From Azolla caroliniana (lineage: Eukaryota > Plantae > Polypodiophyta), in assembly GCA_043228905.1 (NCBI GenBank), contig JBHGNT010000011.1:17732001-17796000 (forward strand): a DNA stretch of 64,000 nt, given 5' to 3'. Under the pieces are notes generated by a model that ran no database searches, was not told the origin of the DNA, and saw only the letters and a list, made by a program, of their open reading frames with translations. Positions 1 to 13,191 of this stretch are shown piece by piece. The stretch's first letter is position 1, and every line of letters starts with the position of its first letter. A program made the translations under genes and the position numbers.

Positions 1-30
1 AAGGTGGAGGCGTCGGAAGAGGTTCTTCAT
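1..30 (-). CDS. Possible N-terminus of an EDR1/CTR1-like (B3 Raf-like) kinase running off the window edge
   Basis: Reverse strand from the ATG at 30 reads MKNLFRRLHL, resembling the MKxxxKKLHI start of B3 Raf-like kinases. It is preceded by a telobox (AAACCCTA) and a CT-rich leader. Only 10 codons are visible. Confidence 0.4.
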   Translation of the reverse strand, partial: MKNLFRRLHL

Positions 31-161
31 TAGGGTTTTGTTGTGGTGGGGGGAGACAGAGGAGGAGGGTTAGTTAATTAATTAGCCATGGCTAAAAAGC
101 CTCCTCCTGCTAATGGCGGCGACAGAGGAAGAGGAAGAGACGGAGGTCGTTAGTAACATAC

Positions 162-164
<3 letters not shown>

Positions 165-200
<36 letters not shown>

Positions 201-515
201 TTCTTGTTTAAGAGGGAGAGAGCTCTGTTCCAGATCGAGAGAGAGTTAAACACAGCACTCTGTTCTAGAGAGAGAGAGAAGAGAGCTCTGTTCTAGAGAG
301 AGAGAGAGAGAAGGAGAGAGCTCTGTTCTAGAGAGAGAGAGAGAGAAGGAGAGAGCTCTGTTCTAGAGAGAGAGAGAGAAGTAGAGAGCCTAGAGAAGGA
401 AGAGAGCTCTGTTTTAGAGAGAGGAGAGAGCTCAATTCTAGAGAGTGAATCTGTGGGGAAAAAGAGAGAGGAGAGAGAGAGAGAAAAAGAAAGAGAGAGA
501 GAGAGAGAGTCAAAA

Positions 516-546
<31 letters not shown>
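165..546. repeat. Compound (GA)n microsatellite with interspersed GAGCTCTGTTCTAGA units, followed by (TTA)n
   Basis: Directly visible. About 7 degenerate copies of gagctctgttctaga separated by variable GA runs. Confidence 0.9.
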
Positions 547-547
<1 letters not shown>

Positions 548-3500
548 AATTTACAAATATTATCCAGAATCCAGATTATTTTCTTTGTTTTTTTGTGTCT
601 TCTTTGATTTACATACAATTAATTTTATCTATTTTCAAAAAATTGATGTAATTAATTAATAACTTACATAAACTATTTTTTGGAAAAAAAAAATTTAACT
701 TACATAAACTATATGTAAAAAAATATGTGTGTATATATAGAATCAAAATTCTTCACCTTAAAATGAGTCATTCCTACACACACAACACACACACACACAC
801 ACAAGAGGGAAGAAGAAGGGAAGGGAAGGGATGGCCAATGTGAGTTTAAAGTGTCTCTCTTTGTGTATGTGTCGTCGGAGGCCACTCTCGGCATATTGCA
901 TGAATGAGCAGAAGCAAGGACGGAGAAGAAACTCTAGGTTTCTTGGTCACGAGGTGTGTGTCGGGTATATGCATCGTTCTTCACTAGCCTTAGTGATGCC
1001 TTCTTCACCCAATTCCAAGTTTTATGCTCCGTTCCTAACATAATGGTTGTTTTCGTCGATGCTCAAACAAAACAAAACATCCATATCTCTCTTCTTCTTC
1101 TTCTTCTAGTCTACGCAGATATGCTTTATTGGGCAGTAAACGTGTATGAGTTGGAACCATGATTTCCCCCCAACCCTCACCACCCCCCTACACTATGTAC
1201 GGTTTCACTTTCACTTTCTGATATGCTCTTCGTTTCTCTTAGGCTCAAAACAACAAAGTATGTGTTTTCTCCTCAAGTTTTTTCAAATTATTTTGATAGG
1301 ATTTGGTCATAACATTGTGCACTAATCAATCGACCTTAAGTGTTTTGTCTTCTATTAAACATATCTCTATTGTTCTCTAGAGTATTATTAATAACTCTCG
1401 ATTTGGTAAACTCACTATTGATAAGAGGTATTGTATGTCATTTATTCGTTTCATGTCTCTATATCTATATTGTAAGTTATGACAATCCAATGGTATTAAA
1501 ATTGTTCTTCATGATGTTATTAAAGCAAATGTCTGGTAATTACATAATTGATCAACATTAATCGAGTATGCCTCAATCATAAAAAGTGAACATTAATTGA
1601 TTGCATACTAATGAATTGCATAAGTTGTTAATGAACAACATTAATAATGACGTGAATATTTGACTTTATTATGTAGAAGAAAAGAGTGTGTTGTGCTACT
1701 CAAGTGTCAAAATCGTGAGAAGAACATCATGGACAATGTTGACGAGCATTGTCAATGTGATGAGTAATCGACACGGTTATCAATTGAATAGCAATGCCCC
1801 CACGTTGCTATGTTAATTCTACAAAATAAAATCAATGATGGGCCCTGCCATTGTGTTCTTTTGCTTTATTTCTCTTGTTATCGGCATGGAAGGCCCTTAG
1901 GTGATCGAAAGTCCATTTTTGTAAGATCTTCAACACTACATAAAGGAGCAAAGGTCTCAAGTATCCAACAATAGGCAAACCTCTTATATATTCGTATATG
2001 ATCTCACTTTGGTTTCAACGATCATCTTAGGTGGTTGAGTTTCCTTTTCAAACGTGAAGAAGCACTAGGGAATTTAAAGGAAGTACCACATCCTCTATGA
2101 ATACGCGTGTTTTCTTCATATAATTCCCTTGCACGAATATGTATATTTAAACCATGATGGTTGAAGGTTCTGATTAGCCCCAAGTAGTGACGAGGCCATT
2201 GTTTTCAATCCCAAATATTTTTATCAGAAAACATTCACGAGTCATGAGGCCTTAAATGTTGCATGTGCATTAGATACACATGCTCTGTGATCATGTTCCT
2301 AATAAAATATTATAGACTAGGGAACTACTAGTGTATGTTTCAAACTCTAAGACAGTAATATATATATGTACACACATATAATACATGTAAATGGACTTGA
2401 AAGAAAACCTAGACATTGGAATTAATTCGCGCATTATAGTTAGCTAGGTCAATGTGGTGTAATTGATATAAAAAACTATGATAATTGTGCGGTCAATTTT
2501 GTTTGCATACGATCCAACTGAAGGTTGAGCATAAAGTTGTAGCAATCTAAATTAGATATAAATGGTGATTAGGTTCGGCATCAAGTTGAGTGCTCTTCAC
2601 ACGTTTCAAATGAGAAAAAGCCCAAGTAGATTTTTTTTAAACCTTTGTTGATCAATTGAAAGGTCTCCTTATAATTGCGTTTCAAGATGTTTGGAGTTTA
2701 TGGTAATATGTTGGACAATGGAAAGCTAGACTAATTAAGCTTTTGTTGAAACTTGCCTCTCTCGTGTTCTTTTGTGCGGTGGAGATCCATGTCCTAAATT
2801 TATGAGGTATTTGGAATATCAATAAAATTTTGAGTATAGAAAGTTGTCATGTTCTGTCTCAATATTGGTAGTATGGATTTAATGCAAGTAGAGTACCCTT
2901 ACCCTCCTCATTTCATTTGCATGTGATATATGAGGCACAAATTGATGTCTATTGTCATTGTACCACCAAGTTGTAGCTAAAGTAGTGTTACCACTTTCAA
3001 TCTCTTAAACCAATTATGTGTGTTGTGTGCCCAACTAGATTTTGAAATAATGCATTTATTTACCTCTTGTGGTATGTTGCCAACATTCCAAACTTAGATT
3101 GGTAGGTGATGCATGAGGATGTCCTTTAGATTGCCACGGGAAAGTGGATTCTAATTAGACCCTCTAATTCAATGAGTTTCAAGGACATACTTGAGTTTGA
3201 TGTGGTAATCTTGACCCAAGGTGGTGTTTTGTAAACATTTTTGTACCTTCTTGATTATGGTCCATGTTGAAGGTGTATAATTTCTCCCCACATAACAAGG
3301 TTAGATTACTTTATATGCATTAAAATGTTTGATCTTTGTTTACCGTCTCTTAAGTTATTTGCATTGCATTTGGATTCAAAGATGTGATAGATTATTTTTT
3401 CTTCATGGTCTATCCGTAAGCCAAACAGAATGGCAACATGGAGTACCCTTGCTTTATCTTGAGATTGCCTCCAAACTTCAAAGTCATCAAAAAATCCATA

Positions 3501-4724
3501 TTACTTTTTTAGCGCATATAGCACTACAATTTGGTTTACTAATTTATGCCATATAGTTGAAGTAGCTCGTTGTAGAGTATTTTAGTATGAATTTGGAGCC
3601 CTTTCATTGTGCTTCTTGTCCATTTACTATTTTTTCTTACAATTTAAGAACATAAAGCCCACCGTGTATGTAGTGTGGTAGTTAGGAAGTTCATTATTGT
3701 TTCTAACTTTATGGATGGATTTGATCTATTTTCCTAACATTCTTTGGGAAACATTCCATATTACCTTGTGATTGTTAGAGGAACGTGCGTAAAGAGTGGA
3801 TCAAATAAACAATGTGTGCAAAGCAAACTTGAATTTGGTCTAATGTAGTGAATTGTCTCGAAGTATTACTCTAACTCTCGCACTTATTCAATGCCAAATA
3901 TGCATTGCTTGATTGTTCTATTGGAAAGAGTTTGAGATTGTCCAAAATCATTTTCTTTCAAAGTTTCTATAAGTCAAGAATCGAAGGCCATACACCCTCC
4001 TACTTCAGATGGGATCACTTTTAGTTGAGATCATGACTATGGAAAGGGTTGTCGAATACATGCTTAAGATCCAAAAAACTCCCTCACATCAACTTTCTAG
4101 AATCGTATGGGAAACAAGCAATATCCAAAAGACACATAGAAACAAATTTTTGTGTTTCGATTGTATACAAGCTAAGGAAAAATGGTTTGAAACATGGGAT
4201 GCCATACACTTGCTTCATAATGCATCACTAGATTCCTCTATAAATGAGGTTTATTTTTGCAATGCCAGCGTACCATTATAAGGGAGAATATGGATACTCA
4301 CGCTTCACCTGTTGCACCTAACTACAAAACCATATTCTTTGCCAAACGAGGAAATCACAAACATTGATACATGTTAGAGCCTACATTGTTTTTCCCCTTT
4401 GAACCATTGCTTCCATGCGACTTAGCTCACGCACACTACAATATGAGACAAGGCATTACTAACACAAATGATGAGAGTAGTCAATTATGCACACTTTGCT
4501 TGAAACAAGTTCAAGAGTTTGAGTATCACACTTTGATACAATGGTCTACCTTTAATCACACTTCAACTATGCTTTCCTCACATGTTTAACCTAACCTAAT
4601 CCTTGCATGAATTTATTTCACAGACACAATGTGCACTCTTGATTGCAAACATTTATTCTGGAAATTCTTGAACATCATGACTCGCTACTCACTTTCACAT
4701 GTATTAGATGAAAATGTTATATTT

Positions 4725-5300
4725 CGATAGGATACTTGTCTCCAACTATGCTCAGCCACAACCGAGACATCGGATCAATCACAGAAAAACAGGGATGTGG
4801 AGAGATGTATCTACGCACGAAATAGTAAAGAAGAGAGTGCACAGGATGTTAATGTGGAAAACCCAAATATGGGAAAAACCACAACAGCCCTTTGACTGCA
4901 AAATATCATTATATCAAGATTACAACAATGGGGCACAGAGGCAACGACCTCTTGCTCCCTCGCTTCGCCACCAGGCGGTTACAACAGAGGCAACAATCTC
5001 TGTATATCGCACTCTCTACCTCTCTTTCGCACTGTACAGAAGTTACACCCGCAAATAACTCCATCATATATTAAGTTTGCCCTAGGTCATATTTATACTA
5101 ATATGACTTTCGGGCTATTTACAAATATAGCCCCAGTGGGCTCTCTAGAACATATTTACATATATGTCCCTTCCATCCGATGAGAGGTTCTCACCGGGTC
5201 TTCCGTTGCCGGGTATGCCACATCCGGATTCGGCCTCGGCCGAGTTGCTCATCAACACGGTTCTTCTCACTTCCCATCCGGAGGGACCTGTTTCCTAACA
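4725..5300 (-). mobile_element. Solo LTR (Copia-like), 576 bp
   Basis: 5-bp TSD TATTT at 4720-4724 and 5301-5305. Termini cGATAGGA...TCCTAACA (TG apparently mutated to CG). Contains GTGGAAAACCC...GGGAAAAACCAC, whose reverse complement is typical of plant Copia LTRs. Confidence 0.7.
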
Positions 5301-5488
5301 TATTTTTGGCCTCATATGTCATACTTGACCTCTGAAGACGATAATAAAATCTATCTCACGTAGATACGACAATATAAGAATGGTGAGGTCACCCCTCTAA
5401 GGTGTTGTAAGACTACATGATATAAAGGCAACACGAGAACATGGTGTATGCACAATTTAGATGTGAAAATTGTCGAATCTCTGTCTCT

Positions 5489-5730
5489 GTCTCTTATCGT
5501 AATTATCTTACCCTACAATCACTTTACAATCACCGTGTCTTGAGTTCGAAACCCAATTTTCTCACCTCTCTATTATATACTTCATACATGTCTCTACAAT
5601 TCTCTCTCTCTCTCTCTCTCTCCCTCCCTCTATTATTATGCAATAAGTTATGACTCTACAATCATTGTGTCTTGAGTTTGAAACCCAATTTTCTCACCTC
5701 TTTATTTTATACTTCATACATATCTCTTAA
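5489..5730 (+). repeat. Two tandem copies of a dispersed SINE-like repeat (B-box-like GAGTTCGAAACCC followed by AATTTTCTCACCTCTCTATTA)
   Basis: The same core recurs at about 5535, 5668, 18020 (+) and 61590-61650 (-). Confidence 0.55.
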
Positions 5731-7683
5731 TTCTCTCTTTCTCTCTCTCTCAAATCCTATATGGAGTATCCCATCTCACATTGAAGAGAATGTGAGCTAA
5801 ATTAAATTGACACGATGGTATGGATAGATATTTATCTATATAAACCTCCACAATAGATTATTTGTGATCTATGAGACTAGGCGTAGCCCATGTGGGGATG
5901 ATGAAGAGAAGAATGAGAGACGGAGAGGAAGAGAGAGAGAGAGAGAGATGATGATGATGTATGCCATAAGCTAGTTCAGATACATGGCACTTCAATTGAT
6001 CTGTAATATAGTAGCATTGAGTTTTTTATGCAAGATGGCAATCTAAGCATCTATTTTGTGCGAAGGTGTTTCTTTGGCATGCCATGATGGGTGGTTCCTT
6101 TGGTTAAGACTTTAAAACAAAACACATTTTTAGATGCTATAGGTTTTTTTCATATATTAGTTTATGAAGATGCCAAAACAAGTTCTTTATATGCAAGTTT
6201 CTAAAGTCATTTGGGTTGCTTTGTCACAAATTTAGGCATCATTAACTAAGATTATTTGGTGACATTTTCAATGGTTGAACTTTGATAATCCGTTGTTGGG
6301 GTTTTTGGTTGTATGCATCAAGCTTGGAAGGTCAGTATTGTCAAATTTGTCCAAAATATGACAACTTATTTCTTTGAGGGGGGAACTTAGATAAGGTCTT
6401 CACAAAGGTCTTGGCAAATATATTATAAAAGTGTTTGACAAAGTTGATATACCCAAGCCAATATATTTTCATTGTAGGTAGGAATATATGGCGTAATGTG
6501 CATAATGTTCAAATGGATGTTTGCATTGAAACTATTGATATTTATTGTCAAATATTTCAATGAGAAGGGTGTAACACTTAAATAACGAGAGTATTCCACT
6601 TAAGATTCATTATTCTTCATATGCTCAACACTTGGTTGTCTCATGACATGAAGCACTTTCTTTATATTGTGTGGGCAGTGGGCACCATCATTTTGTAGAG
6701 AGAATCACAATTCCTCACAAAAAGAGTTATTAATGTCTTCTCTATTATAATGTGGGCATGGAAACGAGAGACTGTGCTCTCATTGTTTTATTTTGTGTTT
6801 AATGAGATTGGGGATGTAGTTGAGGATCGATCTTAGAGATTTTTGAAATTTGTTGAGGAGCAATGATTGTTATGCATATTACCTCTAAAAACTAAAGAAC
6901 AACCATAGGTTGAGATTTGCATTTTGGGGAACATACTAAGTTTTTACCAATGACTACCAAACGCTTTTACTATTATTCTATTGAAACTCTTCAATGACTA
7001 TCCTCAAAGATTGAACAAGAAGGGAAGATATAATGTAATTGCTAAAACGTGCACTATAGGTCATTCTCCCTTGAAATGAAGATATAATGGCAAGCGTAGA
7101 ATTCTTTAAGAAGGTGCAAAAAGACGTCCGCAAAGATTTCTCCATGTTTTATGTTAGAGGTGTTATTTGTTTCTTCACGAGAAAAACACCAATTGTGAAC
7201 TAAGTTCATTGATGGATCAATGATATGGTGGGTAGAAATTGTCTTGAGGATGTACATGATTGATGGATAACGCCTTGGGAATGATGGATTGTAGGTGAGG
7301 AAGGAATCAATTTAACCCCATATAACCTTTTCGGGCAAGATAAACGAAGGTCTTGCCGCAGAGAGGTAATGAATGAATGACAGGGAATGTTTAGGGGCTT
7401 TCCCCAAGCCCTAAGAGAGCCTTCTAGTCAATTTGGGAATGGAAAAATGGAATTTCAGTGTTGATTCGGCTTTGGAAAGGCCCAAGGTTTTCTTAGGTTA
7501 TTTTTTGAACCAAAGTGCAATGTCTTAAACTTTTGTAGTCTAGCATGCTATAGTCTTCTTCGATAAGAGTTTAATTTATATTGTCACTTGCAAACCATTA
7601 ACAAAGTTGAGTTATAATGCAAGTTCTCTTTTTTATGTTTTCTTATTGAAAATGCACTGGAGAAGCTAGCAGAAGTAATAGTT

Positions 7684-8009
7684 TGTTACCCGTAGGAGTT
7701 GTACAGGGCGGTATAAGGGTAAAACATGTTAAAGGGGTTGTTCGGTATTTGTAATGTATATGAGTGTGAGGATGAGTATGTGTGAGCACATGCACAATTA
7801 TGTGCATGTGACAAGAATGTAACGGTCTCTTTTTGTAATGGACATATTAGTTACCGTTACATTATGTAGTATGTACTATAAAAACCCCTACATAAGGAAT
7901 ATAGTTTTTTCCCCTCTCACATTGTTGTGTCATTTTCTATTTGCCTTTCTAGCTCTCTCACTAACTTAACCCCCTTGGGAGGGGGGTGAAGCCATTCACC
8001 CAAACAACA
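7684..8009 (+). mobile_element. Solo LTR, 326 bp
   Basis: TGTT...AACA termini, 5-bp TSD TAGTT (7679-7683 and 8010-8014), internal TATA-like CTATAAAAA. Confidence 0.7.
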
Positions 8010-10371
8010 TAGTTGCACAAATCCCAAGGTATATAGTTAATATAGGTTATAGATGTTGTAGGATACTAGTCATAAGAGATTGAAACGGTTAAATATAGAA
8101 ACAAAAGAGATGAGGTCTTTTTGCTACTGAATGCATTGGGGGTTGTTTGCGGTACATTGTTTCAATTGTGATCAGTTGGGCCATTTCATTGCAAAATGTC
8201 AATAAACACCCATGGTAGAGGTGTTTATTACTCCTCTTGATGAAATGACAATGTTTATGTACTTCTCTTGGATTGTTGAATGCCATTCTTGTCTATTATG
8301 TTGTGTGAAAGTGTTTTCTTTGGCAAGCAATGGTGGGGGGGTTGGCTTCAACAATGGCTTTAAAACACTGCTAAATTTCCAATAAGGCATTCCGTAGATG
8401 CCCAATTGCTAAGCCAATTGGATGTCATGTCTCGACTTTGAGCATCAATAATTGGGGATGTTTTGTCACTCGTTCAGTGGGTTTTCGTTCAAGGGACATA
8501 GCTTTACCCTCACCTTCATATAAGGTTGTGTTTTACTACTTTAGGTATTGGGGTATGTGGTACAATTGGAGTTTGAGAAATGGGTTCTTGTTTGCTGTTC
8601 TCCATGTCCCTCGAGGTATTGCCTATATATCAATTATTATTACAATGATGTGGCATGTCAACATTGCCATAAGATCCAACGGTGTGTTCTTTTTTGTATT
8701 GTCACGATGTTTTGATATAAACATGCATTTGCAAAAGAGAGAAGAGATGGAGGGGACTTGGGGAATAAGGCAATAATTGAGACATCCATGTTAAGTTGTT
8801 GGAAACTAGGTGATTGGTTTGATATAATGATGTGGCAATGTAATAATTTACCACTTGACATAGAATAAATTGCAAGGCTATGTTTAAAAGGCATTGTACT
8901 AAAACAATAAAATCCTTCTCTCTAGGGACATCTATCAAAGGTGATAAGATGGGGGTTGGGGTGAGCTGAATAGGGGACAACATAAGCAATGTGTATAAGG
9001 CTAGCTAATAAAAGAAATGGAACACTATTATCTTCTCCTCAATCATATAGATTTAAATTGGGCTTCTCAACACAACGTACTCCTTTCTTTAGACAATGCC
9101 AAAAAAGGTTGTCCCTCTCTTGGTTGTCCTAATAATCATTCAACTCATGTTGGGTGGGAACTTTACTTACACAACTTGTGTCCAATAAGAAATCATTTCC
9201 TCCAGCATTTCACCCTTGGAAGCCTCGGCTTCCACATGTCTGTTTATTAGCAACTGATCTTAGACCATAATTGGAGCGTTATGCCCTTTTCCCAAGGCTT
9301 TCATGCTTTGGTGACATAGGCCTAATCAATCAATAATTAAGTATATACTCTTAGCACTTTTTATACATTGGACTCAACTTTGACAAATATTGTGGTCCAA
9401 CCAACACCACTTGTCATACCTATCTTTTTGGTACATAGATTGTGTAATGTCATGTCAACATCCCACCTTCCATTCAAATCTTTAACCAACATTACCTGAA
9501 TGGAGTAGAGCCTTTTGCACGACCACAAAATACATGCATAGCATTTTGGAAACATGAAGAATTGACATAAAGAAATACCATACGTTCATCAAAATCCAAA
9601 CGAGAAAATGGCAAGACAGGCCACACAACCCCCAAGTTTTAATTTATTTCATGCAATGACCCTAAGTTTTCGTCCCAAATGCCCTGGGCCAATGTCGCTT
9701 CGAGCAATCACAAGATTCTTGTGTTTAGGGGCCTGACCAAGGGCATAAACATTGAAAATATATGTGAAATTCGATAGCGGCAAATATCACGTGTCTACAA
9801 GATGTTTAATGAGGACAATTCGGGACACCACATTGTAGATATAGGAACCCAAGGATTGAGGCGAGATGACACATGTGTGAAGTGGGGGATCCTATGGGAT
9901 ACGATTCTCGATGGCAATGTGGGGCGGACCTAAATGGATGCTAGGAGCCAACAAACTTAAACAAACATGTATAAAGACAGATCTAGAGACAGAGATAGAG
10001 AGGAAGAGTGATCAGTTTGAGTCAAGTGGGTGGTCGAACCCAACAGACACCACCATAGGTATATATAGGTAGGGGCGATACGAGGTATATACATATAGGC
10101 GACTGCCCAGGTCGAAGAGGGCTCCGAAATCTCGATGGGCAGGGAAGAGAGGGTTTGGCCGGGTGGATGGTCATGGGACCCAGGGCCAATCTTTTTCTTT
10201 ACATACAGATTTCCTTGCCCACACAATTCTTCTTTTTTCCTTTTTGTTTTTTTTTTTCCAAAAAATATTTTTTCCTTTTTATCACAACACAAAAGAACAG
10301 AGCAATAATACTAATATTTGTGTGGGAGAGCATTCATTCATTCATTCATTCATGTCTCCTCTGTTCCTTTC

Positions 10372-12807
10372 ATGGCGGCTTCTTCTTCTTCTTCTTCCTT
10401 CCATGGCTTCCTTGCCTTTGCAGAGCTCCACCATAACCTCGTCACCATCTCCTTCGACATCGACATCATCAAGTCCTATCCCCTCCCATTCTCTCTCAAG
10501 GAGCATAATCATCTCAAAGGACTCAATCCTCACAGGTGCGTATGCTCTGCTCTTCCTTCGCTTGCTCTAACACAGGAATCTATGGAGGAAAGGAATTATA
10601 AGGAGAAGAAGAAGAAGAAGAAGAAGAAAGAAGAAGAAGAAGAAGAAGATGGGGAAGAGCATAAAGTAAAGAGATATGATCAAAATGTAGCTTTTCAGCT
10701 TAAGCTGTACTTGAAGGAAGGAAAAGTAGACGAAGCAGAGAGTTACATGGACTTGATGTGGCTATCAGGTATCAAACCTGATTTGCTCTCATATAACCTT
10801 ATGATTACTATCAATGGGAAAGCTAACCGTTTCTCTAAAGCACAATCATGGTTTCTTCGGTTAGAATCTGATGAATTGTGCCGACCCGATATGGTTAGTT
10901 ACAGGTTTGTCTCTTGTTCTTCTAGTCATTTTCTTTGATTTATGAGATCGGGTTTTGTTACAGAAAAGCATACTTTTCAATCTAGAGTAGAATTTCCTTT
11001 GAATTGTTCCCATAGATCCATGATAGGGGCATGTGGACGAGCAGGAGAACTCAAGGAAGCTCTCATTTACTATGATCGAATGAAGCAATGTGGATTCCGT
11101 CCAAGCATTCAGAATTTCAACACGTTGCTCAACCTACATAGGAAAATTGAAAGGAATGAGGATGAGTGGAGGAGAAGTGTTCACACTCTGCTCTCTGATA
11201 TGAAGGAATTTGGATGTACCCCTGATTCGTCTACTTTGGATGTCATTGTCAAGGTTTATGATAGATTTGGTAAGCTTGATGATTTATCCAATGTGATTGC
11301 ACTCATGGAGGCGGCAGGATGGTCGCCTATTGATAAGTGCCATACGATTCTTATCCGAGCATACATAAGATGTAACTTAGTTGATAAAGCATTGAATGAG
11401 TTTTGGTTACTTTGTAGCAAGAGTTCGAAGGTAGCCAGCTCTGGCAATGGTACAAGAAAAGAGCATCGCCCTTTTCTAAAGGAAAACTCACCACAGAGTT
11501 TGTTAAATAGATATACATATAGAGTAAATGAAAGCTGTGGAAATGATCATCCTACAAGCTTATATCCTGATGTTATTGGAAATGATCACAATATCATCTT
11601 TAAGGATGCGAGTAACATGGCATCACAGTTAGATGAGGCTCTGTGCCATAGTCTGATTTGCATGTGTAAAGCATCAGGTCGGTATGAGGATGGGATTTGT
11701 GTGTATGAAGAGATGCGAAGATCTGGCACTTTCCCAAGCTGGATGACATCATGTACAATCATTGATATTTGTGGCCGAATGGGTGATGAAAAAGGCGTGG
11801 AAAAGGGTAGAGCTCTCTTTGATGAAATGAGGGCTAGTTCTCCGTCATTATGTGAATCCACCGATGCTGGAGCATACACTGTTACTATTAATATGTACCT
11901 CAAGGCGGGTCTTGTTGAAAAAGCTGTTGAGATATCGGATATGGTAGAGCGACATGAGGGTCTAATATTAGACCCTGCCCTTTTCCTTACTATGCTTAGA
12001 ACATACTCACGGGCAAACATGCATAAAAAAGCTGTCAATGTCTACAAAAGGATGCTAAAATGCAAGCTAACGTGGTCAGCATCCATGTTTAACGGAGTTA
12101 TACATTGTTGTGGAAGAGCATTGCCTTTAGAGGAGATCATCAAGGTGTTTCTAGCTATGGTTCATGCCAAAATGCCATTGAGTAGTGTCACATGCAACTT
12201 GATGATGGATATTTTTGCTAAAGCAGGTTTATTGGAGAAAGCTGAGAATGTGTTCAAGCTTGCAAGGGAGCAAAATGTGTTGAATGCCATATCATACAAC
12301 ACCATCATTGATGCTTATGGTAAGTATAAGGAATTCAATAAGATGGATCATGCTCTGGTAGAAATGCAAAACTCGGGGTTTAAGGATCATGTTGAGGCAT
12401 ACAACTCAATGCTAGATGCATATGGAAAGGCAGGTCAAGTCCGTAAAATGGAGAACATTCTGGAGAGAATGAGAAGAGCTGATTGCCCGCCCGATCTATC
12501 TACATTCAACATTTTGATTAATGTTTATGGAAGAGAGGGACTATTGACAGAGCTACAAGAGGTTCGGAATGGCATGGATGCAGCAGGTATTAAGCCAAGT
12601 AACTACACGTTCAATACATTAATTCATGCGTATGGGAATTTAGAGATGCCGAATGAAGCCATGGATGCATTCAAAGAAATGCAGAGTTTAGGCTTAGTGC
12701 CAGATGAAATTACATACAATTGCTTGATTGCTGCATTTGAGAAGAGTGGGAACCATTTAGAAGCCGCTAGATGGTCATTGTGGATGACACAATTAGGCAT
12801 TCATTGA
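10372..12807 (+). CDS. P-class pentatricopeptide repeat protein, probably plastid-targeted (At4g30825/BFA2-like), about 774 aa
   Basis: Exons 10372-10904 and 11016-12807 are joined in frame across a 111-nt GT-AG intron (SYR|SMIGACG). Many 35-aa PPR motifs (ISYNTIIDAYGK, EAYNSMLDAYGK, TFNTLIHAYG). The C-terminus EAARWSLWMTQLGI resembles At4g30825 from recall. The N-terminus is uncertain. Confidence 0.9.
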
Positions 12808-12961
12808 TTGATAAATGCTAAATTGGAATAATGTATCAGTGTAACATTTCTTAATGTGTATACACTCTGTTTTCATGTCCATAATGTATTTGGACGTCAG
12901 TGGTAGACCACAACCATGAATTCAATTTTGTAAGTATAGATTAAGGAAACTTTGTGAATTC

Positions 12962-13191
12962 AGATGGTTAGAGAAATCAACAATTTGTTGATAACTTGAT
13001 TCCCTCACACAAAAATAAGACCTTGATTTTTTTTGTACCCAGCCTGTTCAATATATGAATTTGAAGTATATATTGGATTAATTAAGATGTTTAGACAAAT
13101 CTAGGATTTGTTGATAGCTTGATTCCCGCACACAGAAATATATTTTTTTGTACCCAACCTTCTCAACACTTGAATTTGAAGTATATATTGG
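12962..13191. repeat. Imperfect tandem duplication of about 115-125 bp downstream of the PPR gene
   Basis: Two copies of gatg.ttaga.aaatc...tttgttgata.cttgattccc.cacac...tgaatttgaagtatatattgga. Confidence 0.7.

Noticed and set aside
328-894. Short ORFs rich in L/S or R/E
   Set aside because: They are translations of GA, TTA and CA microsatellites.
1200-4700. Short ORFs in CpG-depleted intergenic DNA
   Set aside because: No recognisable motifs or splice structure. Probably decayed TE sequence that cannot be classified by eye.
8030-9560. Fragmented minus-strand coding-like sequence
   Set aside because: Multiple stops and no motif that can be assigned with confidence. Likely an old TE relic.
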